Origin: Eledone cirrhosa | Lineage: Eukaryota | DNA length: 64,000 nt | Direction: 5' to 3' | Assembly: GCA_964016885.1 (NCBI GenBank) | Contig: OZ024743.1 | Coordinates: forward strand, 8,370,001 to 8,434,000 | In this document: positions 26,875 to 38,152 of the stretch, in pieces | Layout of the letters: each line of letters opens with the position of its first letter | Numbering within the stretch: position 1 is the first letter of the stretch | Program-made: the position numbers and the translations under genes | The notes under the pieces: generated by a model | Told to the model about the DNA's origin: nothing | Database searches by the model: none | What the model saw: the letters and a program-made list of their open reading frames with translations, nothing else

Positions 26875-27980
26875 TATCATCATCACCGTTTTACGTCCGT
26901 TCTTCCACGCTAGCATGGGTTAGACGGGTTGTCCTGTTGTGGGCAGTGTCTGGTCGGCTGACCATGCCTTGCTCATACAGGAACTGATCTGGCTTGATTT
27001 CTACAGCTGGATGCCCTTCCTAACACCAACCTCATTTACAGTGAGTGCTGGGTGCTTTTTCGTGGCGCCTACACGTCCACTTTACAGTGTGGGCTGGGTG
27101 CTTTTTTGCCGTGGCACCTCCACGACCACCTTGCGGTGGGGGGAGTGGGGGCATATTGTTTATATGCTTCAGCATGTACCCATGGGAGGTCGGGTACCCT
27201 GTATTACTGCGTGACGCCAGAAGTCACGGTCGTGTGTCATTGTCTTTGAGAGGTGTAGTTGGGTAAGGTCGGCTTTTATCACCTCATCCCAAGTCATCTT
27301 GGGTCTCCCCACTCCACGGTTTCCATCAACTTCTAGTGCTCTGCACCTTTTTATGCAGCTGTCATCCTTCATACGCATCACATGTCCATACCAGCGTAAC
27401 CGCCTCTCCTGCACGCAGCATTTGATTCCTCTTATGCTCAGTCTCTCTCTCAATTCCTTTATGCTTTGTCGTTCACGTATATTACTGTTACACATCCATC
27501 GGAGCATGCAGGCTTCGTTTCTCTCTAATCTACGTAAGTCTTCCACCTTCAGCGCCCAGGTCTCACTACCATGCAACATCGCTGTTCGGATACACGCATC
27601 ATACAGTCTGCCTTTCATTCTGAGGGAGAAGCCTTTTGCAGCTAGCAGTGGTAGTAGTTCCCTAAACTTCTTCCATCCCGTTCTTACCCTAGTTATTGTA
27701 CTTTCTGAGCACCCACCTCCGTTGCTAATTCGGTCACCTAGGTAGCAGAAGCTGTCTACTGTTTCTACAGGGCCCTCCCAGAGATTGGTGGTACTTGTTT
27801 CCTGTGGCTGTTTGCTTGCTGTTTCAGCACAGCTGCTGCATGTGAATCCTACATTCTTAATTAAGCTTCCTGAGATCCCGCTACATCTCTTGTGTACCCA
27901 TTGTTTGCATTTGGGGCAGAGAATGGAGTTCCTACCTACACCTTTCCTACATACTGAGCAAGGCCATTTCCCTGAGGGGA
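26875..27980 (-). mobile_element. 5'-truncated RTE LINE, same subfamily as 24630-26290
   Basis: ORF 27169-27618 nearly identical to 25495-25917. Confidence 0.92.
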
Positions 27981-28114
27981 AAATAACAGATTAAAGTTTA
28001 AGCAAAGAATCGCTGCTTTTTAGTCTTCAATTTTATTATTATTACTATATATATATATATATATATATGGAGAAGAAGTTTATGAAATGGAAATGCGGGT
28101 ATACAGAATTTATT

Positions 28115-28231
28115 AGGTAACAATTGTTTCTATAGTGTATGGGTTACCTATACCTCGCTATTTGAATAATATAAAAATATTATCATAAACCGAAGGTACA
28201 CTGTAAGCAAACACACCATGTCGTCAGACCT
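28115..28231 (-). ncRNA. Type I hammerhead ribozyme motif with a long helix II insert
   Basis: Minus strand reads AGGT-CTGACGA-cATGGTGTG...TACACTATa-GAAA-CAATTG-TT-ACCT; palindromic helix III. Confidence 0.7.
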
Positions 28232-28431
28232 TTGTATTGGAATGATATGAAAATATTTTATACACTAGATAAAAGAGAAAGAAGGAGGTAGGAAGAGAAG
28301 GGGAAGAGGGAAGTGAGTAAGGTGGAGGGAGTCCTAGGATTTAAGACTGTCAGACTAGTAGAGATTGTAAGGAGAGAATGTTTTGGCAGCAGTTAGCTTA
28401 ATGAGGCGTGTTAGGGTTGGCGTATATATAT

Positions 28432-29015
28432 ACGTGATGCGCATGAAAGATGACAGTTGTATAAAAAAGTGCAGGGCAATAAAAATAGACGGTAGCCACG
28501 GAGTAGGCAGACCCAGTAAAACCTGAGACGACTTGATAAATTCCGACCTCACACACTTACACCTCTCCAAGACAATGTCACTGGACCGAGATCTTTGGCG
28601 CTACACAGTAATATAGAAGACCCGCCTTACCTAAGTACAAAGTGAAACCTACTACAGTCAGTAGGCACCTCTAACAAAAATACACCCCCGTCCCACTACC
28701 CCCACCCCATCCTCACCATCCCTTTCAATGTAAAGTTATGTTGGTACCACAACATCCAGTCCGAAACAAATGAGGTCGTGTAGGTGTCACAACAAAAAAA
28801 ACACACAGTCCACGCTGTAATGTGGCCATGTAGGTAACACGGTAAAAACCTCCCAGTCCACACTGTAAACGTGGTTGGTGTTAGGAAGGGCATCCAGACG
28901 TAGAAAACCCGCCAGACAGTCCTATACGAGCAAGACAACACTCTTGCCTCAAGTGGGAAAACTCCTATCCAAACCCATGCAAGCGTGGAAGATGGATGTT
29001 AAACGATGATGATGA
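28432..29015 (+). mobile_element. RTE 3' fragment
   Basis: Highly similar to 58045-58635. Confidence 0.9.
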
Positions 29016-29016
29016 T

Positions 29017-29486
29017 ATAGGAAAATGTTTGACCCCGACGGCAGAGCTCAAGCCGTTTCGACGGCTATTTCTGGATTCTAGTTCTCCATCTCAGTCTTTT
29101 CGCAAACAGGTCGATTTTTTGCGTGAGCATCCAAAACATTTTCTCGGTGGAACTGGGATGTTCTTGGTGGAGAAGTTGATATGGTATTTTCGCATGGTGT
29201 GGTAATGAAACTTGAGTTGGGTGGAAAAGTCAGGATATGGCGTGATAGGGTCGGAAAGTGCTCTACTACGGAGGTAGGAGCTAGATAACAAAGGAGGTGT
29301 GGTAAGGAACCAGATGGACCATAACGCACCAGACGGCTATTTCTCGACTCAGTCCAGAAATAACCGTCAAAACGGCTTGAGCTCTGCCGTCAGGGTCAAA
29401 CATTTTCCTATTACCCACTCTACTACCCTAAGTATTGAGTACTCTGGTGCATTATGGTCCATCTGGTTCCTTACCACACCTCCTTC

Positions 29487-29487
<1 letters not shown>
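29017..29487. mobile_element. Probable Penelope-like remnant with interleaved inverted repeats
   Basis: IR 29017-29075/29351-29412 and IR 29291-29333/29443-29485; partial hammerhead. Confidence 0.55.
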
Positions 29488-29532
<45 letters not shown>

Positions 29533-29897
29533 TTCCAACCTCATCCATAAGATAGGGAGGGCTCTTTAATTGAGTCAATAACCAACAATCTCTCTAGTGC
29601 TGATGCTACAATTAACGTACCCAGTACATGCTGTAAAGTTGTTGGTGATAGGGAGGGCATCCAGCTGTAGGAAACTAGCAAATGAAAAGAGTTGGGATGA
29701 CCCTTCAGTTGTGTCAAGGGCATGACAATTTCCCCCATGCTAGTGCCATGATAAAAGGCACTTGATAGAGCATGGGATTGTATATAAGTGAGATGTGAAC
29801 CCCTGGTCTCTCTATGAGGTCAGTAAACCCATTTCACTACTGTGAAGACCTGTCCAGCCATGCTAATACAGCACGTGAATGTTAAATGATGATGATG

Positions 29898-29931
<34 letters not shown>

Positions 29932-30024
29932 CCGTGCTTTTGTTTAATTATTGAAATGAAATTGAAGGTTTTTTGTTATTTTTAATCAAATATAATAGAT
30001 AAAGATTTCTTTGCTATTTGTTAG

Positions 30025-30153
30025 AATAAAGATGGAAGAGGGTGTGAAAATACTTGGTTGTATTCCAGACAGAGAAGAACTTTTCACATGTTCCGACAGA
30101 ACTTTATGTTTGTGGAAAACTAAACGTCTATATAATCTCTTTATGAAAATTGG
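30025..30153 (+). CDS. WDR97: WDR97-like exon 7 (IKMEEG...TLCLWK...FMKI)
   Basis: TTGTTAG acceptor, GTAAGA donor, phase 2/2. Confidence 0.85.
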
Positions 30154-30494
30154 GTAAGACAAATTTTTAATTAATATATTTTCCCCTTTGTTCAGTGTTA
30201 TTAACAAATTGGATTTCTCTAACCCTTTAGCATTTACATTACTCTATATATACTATTATATTTTCATGGTAAAGGCTTTACCTCACAGAATTATCTCACA
30301 TAATATCGAATCTATGAGATTTTGAAAGTATTTATTTTGAGAACAATACCTTAACATCAGTTTGAGCGACCAGTTACAGCCAGTTTCAACAGAAAGAGGT
30401 CGAGAATTCTGGCCAGTTTTGGCTGGTTTGAACATTAAAGGGTTAAACTAGCATGCTGTTTGTGTAATCTACGTAAGTGTATATAAGATTGAAA

Positions 30495-30830
30495 GGCAGC
30501 GATTTGGCAGAGTTGTTAGAACGTCGGATAGAATGTTTTATGATATTCGTTCCGGCTCTCTACTCTTTGAGTTCAAATCCCGCCAAGGTCAACTTTGCCT
30601 TTCACCCTTTTGAGGTTGATAAAAAAGTACCAGTCTAGTACTGGGGTCAATTCTCCCTCTATATCTCTTTCTCATTTCCTCTCTCTCACTTTCTATATTT
30701 CTCTGGAAGAAATCTGCCTTACTCAGGCCTGGAGAGGGAAGGGCTCCGCCAGGCTTTAAATCTCCAAGAAATGCTGTATGTCAATATGGCGTCCCTTTGA
30801 CTCTATCAGGAGTTACGGGACCATACATAT
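30495..30830 (+). mobile_element. tRNA-derived SINE with a distinct (CATA)-tailed 3' part; inverted partner at 31765-32185
   Basis: A/B boxes, GCCTTTCACCC..GGTTGATAAAA core, shared tail GGAGTTACGGGACCATACATA. Confidence 0.75.
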
Positions 30831-32272
30831 AAGATTGGTGATCATTGGTGAAAGGTTGATGATGAAGGAAAAAGAGAGAACTATGGAGCTGATGAATACT
30901 AGGGAAAAGAGGGTGCCAGAGTTGATGGGATAAATAACTAAAAGAGGTTATCTTAAAATATGTATGTTCATTACAACAAACATATATATACACATTTTAT
31001 TTTTTTTTTATTTCATCGTCATTTGTTTTCTAATGATTTAGAATAGCTTTTGAAATTATTTCATATGAATTCATCATCAATTTTTATTCAGAGTTATTGC
31101 TCTTGATGGGTTGAGGATCATACATTTCAGTTTTCAGAATAGTGTTTATGGCTAAATGCCCTTTCTAATATTAACCACTTAACTGATTGTATTTTATCAG
31201 CACTACCAAGAGTGTCAGAGTATTTATATAATATGACTTGCTTTTAATATTATATTCCACTCATCCTCCACATTCATCAACTTCTTATAATAACATTTCC
31301 TTGTCTCTTTCCTCTTAGCATCAATGAGGTTAAGTATGTCACTGTTGTTCCAAACATACTTTTTCCCAACAATATCCTGATTCGCACTCATGCACTGCTT
31401 TGTACTGTGGAACACCTCATATCTCTGATCCTCACATTGTAGGACATTGACAAACTTCCTGCTTTCTGCCTCTCTATCTACTATGTAGACTCGTTGTCTA
31501 ACTTCTCTTTTAGCTACTTAATAATGTTCTTTACCACCCCTATCTTTTTTTTGAGGGGGGGAAGGGGTTTCATCCTTAATGTCATACTTATCCATCTTGC
31601 TCCCATCCATCCCTCCAAACATGTCCCACCTGAGACAGATCATCATCCCCCACCCCACCCTATAAAGTAGAGAGGACTGTTCAGTTGTGTCAAAGGTACA
31701 ACAACTTCCTTCATGCTGGTGTCATGATAAATTGCACTCAGTACACTCTGTAAAGTATGGAAATATATGTATGTATGTATGGTCCTGTAACTCCTGATAG
31801 AGCTGTAGGGGTGCCGTATTGACATACGGCGTTTCTTGGGCATTTTAAGCCTGGCGGAGCCCACCCCTCTCCAGGCCTGGGTACAGCAGATTTCTTCCAG
31901 AGAGAGAAAGAATCAACCTCGTTACTCGACTAGTGCTTTTTGTATTGACCTCGAAAGGATAAAAGGCAAAGTTGACCTCAGTGGAATTTGAACTCAGAGA
32001 GCAGAGTGCTGGAACGAATACCATAAAGCATTCTATCTGACATTCTAACAACTCTGCCATTCTATCTGACATTCTAACAACTCTGCCATTCTATCTGACA
32101 TTCTAACAACTCTGCCATTCTATCTGACATTCTAACAACTCTGCCATTCTATCTGACATTCTAACAACTCTGCCAATTCGCCACCAAATATGAGAAATGT
32201 AAGTAGTTTTAATTTTATATATTTTTATTCATGCATGTTTTTTTCTGATATTTTGGACCTACTTTGTTTTAG

Positions 32273-32454
32273 CGCTAAAATTACATCAATGAAAGCAACC
32301 AGTCATCCAGCCTACTCTCAACGAGTTGTTACTGCCAGCACTGACTTCAAAGTAAGATTAATTAATCCTTTTACTGGAGAGTTAATTACTCAGCTGTTGC
32401 CGAATGCCTTCAATTCAGTTAGTATTAAAGATATTGTTTATGCAATTTCTGAAG
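32273..32454 (+). CDS. WDR97: WDR97-like exon 8 (AKITSMKATSHPAYSQRVVTAS...)
   Basis: TGTTTTAG acceptor, GTAACT donor, phase 2/1. Confidence 0.88.
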
Positions 32455-33289
32455 GTAACTTCAACATTTATTTATATTTTCTTCCATTCATTCCATACTT
32501 TCTGACATTATAAATAATTGTTTCTGGGCAGTGGATTGGCAGTATTAGTAGAGGGTCGGACACCTTGCTTTGACGCATAGAGTTACGGCTCTTGCCATTC
32601 TGAGTTCAAATCCCGCCGAGGTTAACTTTGCCTTTCATCCTTACGGGGTCGATAAAATAAAGTACCAGTAATATACTGGGTAATTGCTGGCCTTGTGCAT
32701 AACGTAGAAACAATTATAAATAATTGTTTCTACTTTTTGCACAAGGCCAGCAATTACCCCAGTGCATTACTGGTACTTTATTTTATCGACCCCATAAGGA
32801 TGAAAGGCAAAGCTAACCTCAGCGGGATTTGAACTCAGAATGTAGAGGGTCATAACTCTATCCTGTAAAGCATGGTGTCTGACACCAATGCTGCCAATCC
32901 ACTGCCATTATAAATAATGAAATGTCTGTTTGTGTGAATGTTCAGCATTCATGTTTGCTTTTCATCTTGTCTTTCCCAAATTTCCCCCACTATAAATTGG
33001 AGGAGGACAACTGGGATAGGGAAAATGCCCTAGAGAATGGGGCATCCATGGTTTTATAGGGTTTTTTTTCTCGCTATGAACAGCTCTCAAACATCTCCCT
33101 ATTGAGGAATTCCCATTATTGTTACCTTTCTTTTATTATTGTTACCTTTCCTATTATTGTTACCTTTCTTTTATTATTGTTAAACATGTTTACATGAAGC
33201 ACCCACAAATACCCACACACTCTATGTTTATGTCTTGTGTTATCGTAATGTTTTCTTAATGTGGTGAATAAAGAAATCATTATTATTAT

Positions 33290-33965
33290 TTGAATTGGCA
33301 GTATCAGTAGAGGGTCGGACGCCATACTTTCCAGCATAGTTACGTCCCTTTACGGTCTGAGTTCAACTCCTGCCGAGGTTTACTTTGCCTTTCATCCTTA
33401 CGGGATCGATAAAATAAAGTACCAGTAATGCACTAGAGTCGATTTAATCGACTTTTCCCTCCCCCCAAATTACTGGCCTTGTGCCTATTGTAGAAATCAT
33501 TATTAGGTTAACTTTACTTTTCATCCTTACGGGGTCGATAAAATAAAGTACCAGTAATGTACTGGGTAATTGCTGGCCTTGTGCCAAAAAGTAGAAACAA
33601 TTATTATGCTTTCCAGCATAGTTACGTCCCTTTACGGTCTGAGTTCAAATCCCGTCGAGGTTAACTTTACGTTTCATCCTTATGGGGTCGATAAAATAAA
33701 GTACCAGTAATGTATTGGATAATTTCTGGCCTTGCGCTAAAAGTAGAAACAATTCTTATTATTGTGTAATAAGAAGGCGGTGGATTGGCAGTATCAGTAG
33801 AGGGTCAGACACCATGCTTTGACGCATAGAGTAACGACCCTTTCCATTCTGAGTTCAAATCCCACCGAGGTTATCTTTGCCTTTCATCCTTACGGGGTCG
33901 ATAAAATAAAGTACCAGTAATGCACTGGGTAATTGCAGGCCTTGTGCCAAAAGTAGAAACAATTA
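33290..33965 (+). repeat. Tandem cluster of four full or partial SINE copies
   Basis: Repeated GGGGTCGATAAAATAAAGTACCAG core four times. Confidence 0.85.
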
Positions 33966-34094
33966 TTATTGTGAAATAATTACTGTACTATGAAAATACA
34001 TACAAAATTTCAGAAGCTGGATTTATCTAAGATGTATGTTGTGTAAATGACTATGTATGATTATGTTATTGATTTTAAAAGTGTGTATACTTTT

Positions 34095-34373
34095 GTTTAT
34101 ATATATATGTATATGTTGACTGTTATATATCCTATATATATATGTATATGTTGACTGTTATATATCCTATATATATATATGTATATGTTGACTGTTATAT
34201 ATCCTATATATATATGTATATGTTGACTGTTATATATCCTATATATATATGTATATGTTGACTGTTATATATCCTATATATGTATGTATATGTTGACTGT
34301 TATATATCCTATATATATATGTATATGTTGACTGTTATATATCCTATATATATATGTATATGTTGACTGTTAT
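34095..34373. repeat. About 35-bp AT-rich minisatellite x8
   Basis: TATATATATATGTATATGTTGACTGTTATATATCC. Confidence 0.95.
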
Positions 34374-34416
34374 AAAAATAGACAATATGTTTTCAAAGAA
34401 CCTTTTCTTTCCACAG

Positions 34417-34518
34417 ACACCATATTTGTTTTACTAGAGAATGGAGTTCTTCTGAAAGCTTGCACATTAACTAATCCTTGTGAAGTTAAATGTACATGGC
34501 CTTATAACTACCAACCAG
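34417..34518 (+). CDS. WDR97: WDR97-like exon 9 (TIFVLLENG...WPYNYQP)
   Basis: TTTCCACAG acceptor, GTATCT donor, phase 1/1. Confidence 0.85.
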
Positions 34519-35231
34519 GTATCTATTAATATTATTTACAGTGTGTAGTCTCTGTTTGTCACCCTTGGAATGGTCAAAATAATATTCTAATGGAATTAGA
34601 TGACAGACTGATGTGTGTGTGACTATATATTTGTATGTATGTATCGTCAAGTTGTTGGCAACTAAATTGGCAACCCCACCAAGCTTGCTTGGTGAGGAAG
34701 GTGATTTTGGACACCTTGCAGGATGAAAAACAAAACCCATCAAATGGCGGAGGAATTCAGGAGAGTCAACGGCTATCCAATAAAGTTGTTGTTTTTTAAC
34801 TTTTAGTGGAGCGCGAGTCCTAGTCTTCATTAAGACATCTCTCAAGGAGAAGGTCTCTCTGATATAAAACCTGCAACTTCGTTTGCCTCCAATGATGTAG
34901 ATTCCTTGCTTCTGTTTAAGCTCCCTATAAACAAAGAATTGTTTGGTGGACTGTTTTGTTTATTAGATGTTCATCAGTGCCCAAACACCTTTCTCTGTAC
35001 TTATTGCTATTCATTACACAAGAGTTTTTTGTCAGGTGGTTTTATTTATTTCTAATTAGTATTATTGATTGTATGTTAATGTTTAATCAGTTTATAGACA
35101 TTTGTACACATGTGTGTGTGTGTATGAATGCATATATCTGTATGAATGCATGTGTGTATATGAATTCTGTAGAGAAAACAAATTTGTTTGGATTACAATG
35201 TTTAATTCAAGACTTGTTTATTATTTTACAG

Positions 35232-35449
35232 TAAAATTCAGCTGTTTACTTTTATATGAATATATTACAAATTTAACCCAAAGTGCAAATATGATCTATG
35301 CCACGAGGACACTTATTACACAAACTGTGAAATTAGGTGTTATGGTAGCACCACCAAATACAAATCGTATAATACTGGTTGCAGGAAGATACAATGGAGA
35401 AATTTGTGTCTTGGATTGGTTTGAAGGAACAGTTAATTTTAAAACAAAA
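35232..35449 (+). CDS. WDR97: WDR97-like exon 10 (KFSCLLLYEY...GEICVLDWFEG...)
   Basis: TTTTACAG acceptor, GTAAGA donor, phase 1/0. Confidence 0.88.
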
Positions 35450-37212
35450 GTAAGATTAATATTTCAAATTCTCTTTATTGATTTTGGTTAGAGTTACCAT
35501 AACTTAATTTTATCAGTGTTATTCATATTTTGTTTTTATTTAGTCTGAGGGAATGTGGCCACTGATATTTTCAGGTCTCTCAGACTTGCATGGTTGATGT
35601 AATTGATACTTTCCTTGAATTTATGTAACTTAATGGCTGTAAGAATATTGTTGGCAGAGAAGGAATTCCAAAATGTTGTAGAGCCAGAAAGAAAGATTAT
35701 GCAAAGTGTTTACTGTTAGATAGTGCATTGTGGTACAGTAAAGAGTGCAAAATAGGGAGAGTTGATTGAATCAGGAAGGCTTGGAAAGAGGTGGCATGCA
35801 GCTCAGATGAATAGAAACTGTTATAATAGTGACAGAAAACATAGAAAGAGGTAACATCTCATCAGTGTGTAGTAGTTGTAGTTAGCTTGTCAATGAAGAT
35901 TTACTACTCATCTAAATGATTGTTTTAGATTTTTTTTTTTGGGGGGGGGGGTCATTTTGGAAGCCTCAACAATGCAGATGGGTAAATCTCCGGGTAACAG
36001 AATCCGGTGGTGAAGAGAGAGATGTAAGATGAAATGCAGAATGTGACGCATAGTGTGTAGAGGAACGTAGGAAAGAGCGTAAAAAATAAAAATAATAACA
36101 CGAGATAGAGTTACCTTGGGAGAGATTTAATTGTCCCTATATTTCGAATTCGCATCCATCAACTGGGGGTTTTTCCGAGGGGAGGGGGGTTATCTGTCGG
36201 AGAGGAATGGTACGTGGCTTCTGTTGTTCGCGGTTTGTGTGTAACTCGGTTTTAGATGTAGTGTATAATATTTGTATGTGTAACTCTTCTGCTATCCTAA
36301 ATGTATGAACTGTACTCTAATATTAGTCTTGTGTGAGGTGTGTATAGAGTCACTTACTGATTAGAGATGAGATATTTACTGCATGACAAAAGAGATGCCA
36401 AGCCTTTGGGATGTTATATATCACCATGGAAGATTCTCAGAGATTGTGAGTCCTAATATTTGTAGTGAGTTTGAAGATGTTGTTTATGCTTAAGAAGTGT
36501 GTAATCTTGCAAGGCTGTTTCCTTTATATGTGTAATGGTTAAGTCTTGCTCCTGTTGAAGGAAATTATGCTGTGCTGTTCCCATTGGAAGATGTTTGAAA
36601 AATATATCTACAAGCTGCATCTAAAATTATTACTGTAGAATAGGAATTATCTGAACAATAATAATTGTTTTGGGGTGGATTTTTAATAAATATACTTTCA
36701 GATGTACTTTCAAATATACTCTCAATTATTCTTTGCTTCCCATTGTTTACTAAAAACTGAAGCATCTATTTCCAGCATATATGTCTATTCTCTGTGTACA
36801 CTTCTGAGAATTACCTACTGTTCTTGAATAACTCAACTCTGAATTCTTATCTTATAAAGCAGGTACAACAAAATAAATATCACAATAATAATAGTAATGA
36901 TAATAATTGTTTCTACTTTTGGCACAAGGCCATCAATTACCCAGTACATTACTGGTACTTTATTTTATCGACCACGTAAGGATGAAAGGCAAAGTTAACC
37001 TCGGCGGGATTTGAACTCAGACCGTAAAGGGACGTAACTATGCTGGAAAGCATGGCGTCCGACCCTCTACCAATACTGCCAATCCAGTAATGATAATAAT
37101 AATAAGGAATCATCATCATCACTGGTTTATATTTATTTTCCATGCTTGTATGGGTTTTAAAGTGATTATGAAAGCAGGATATTTTCTAAAAATATTTCTT
37201 ATCATTTTCTAG

Positions 37213-37285
37213 GGTCATGATCAGTCAGAAGTATTATCATTAGTGGCTAACCCTCGTTTTGACCAACTGATCTCCAGTGGCAGAG
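37213..37285 (+). CDS. WDR97: WDR97-like exon 11 (GHDQSEVLSLVANP...LISSGR)
   Basis: TTTTCTAG acceptor, GTAAAA donor, phase 0/1; start of a WD40 repeat. Confidence 0.88.
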
Positions 37286-37424
37286 GTAAAAAATAAATAA
37301 TTCTTTTCTCTGTGTAAATTTATTTCAATAATGTAGGATTGACATTTCCAGTATTCTTTGACATTTTTTCGAAATGCTAAAAATATTATCCTATTTGATA
37401 TATTTATATCATATTGATTTATAT

Positions 37425-37926
37425 CAGAAGTTCTCAAAGTGGGTGCTACCAGCCCCCTGGGGGCATTGAGAAGGTCCAGGGGATGCTGGGGCCGAAGGGG
37501 GCTGTAGAGGAGCAGTAGTATATTAAATATCAAATGATACATATTCATCATCATCAACGTTTAATGTCCATCTTCCACGGCTTTGTTCCATTTGATGCGG
37601 AAATGGTGAGGAGACCGTGTCTTGCTCATACGGAAGTGTCTCTGGCAGGTTTTTTTACAGCTGGATGCTCTTCCTAACATCAACCACATTTACAGTGTGG
37701 ACTGGGAGCCTTTTTACCATGTCTCCTACACGACCACCTTAATAATATTTATTTATATATAGTATATATTATATTATTTATTATATATAAATTAATGATT
37801 TTATTTATTATATATTATTTACAATTTGCGTGTAGGCAGGTCTCTCTGGAGATAGAGTTGGGGAGCGTTGAGGGTATTACGTGGCCATAAAGGGGGGCGA
37901 TGGCCCCAAAATTTTACGAACCTCTG
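37425..37926. mobile_element. hAT-type MITE with a nested RTE 3' fragment (about 37545-37740)
   Basis: Termini CAGAAGTTC/GAACCTCTG; 8-bp TSD ATTTATAT on both sides. Confidence 0.8.
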
Positions 37927-37969
37927 ATTTATATCAAAGCAATTATTCTATTTGATATTTTATTTGCAG

Positions 37970-38152
37970 ATTGTGTCATCAAAATTTGGAGATTTTATGC
38001 TTTTGCAGCTGACAGTTTACTTCCTCTTATGTCATTTTGCTGTTCTCACATTCCGACATATATGACTATCATGTGGAACATTCTTATAGCTGCTTTTCAG
38101 GATAGTACAACGCTAAATTTCTCACTTGTGACATATGACCTTAGAAACTTTG
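37970..38152 (+). CDS. WDR97: WDR97-like exon 12 (DCVIKIWRFYAFAADSLLPLMSFCC...)
   Basis: TTTGCAG acceptor, GTAAGT donor, phase 1/1; resembles the WDR97 'VKMWRVFPYAEESL' segment as I recall it (needs BLAST). Confidence 0.9.
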
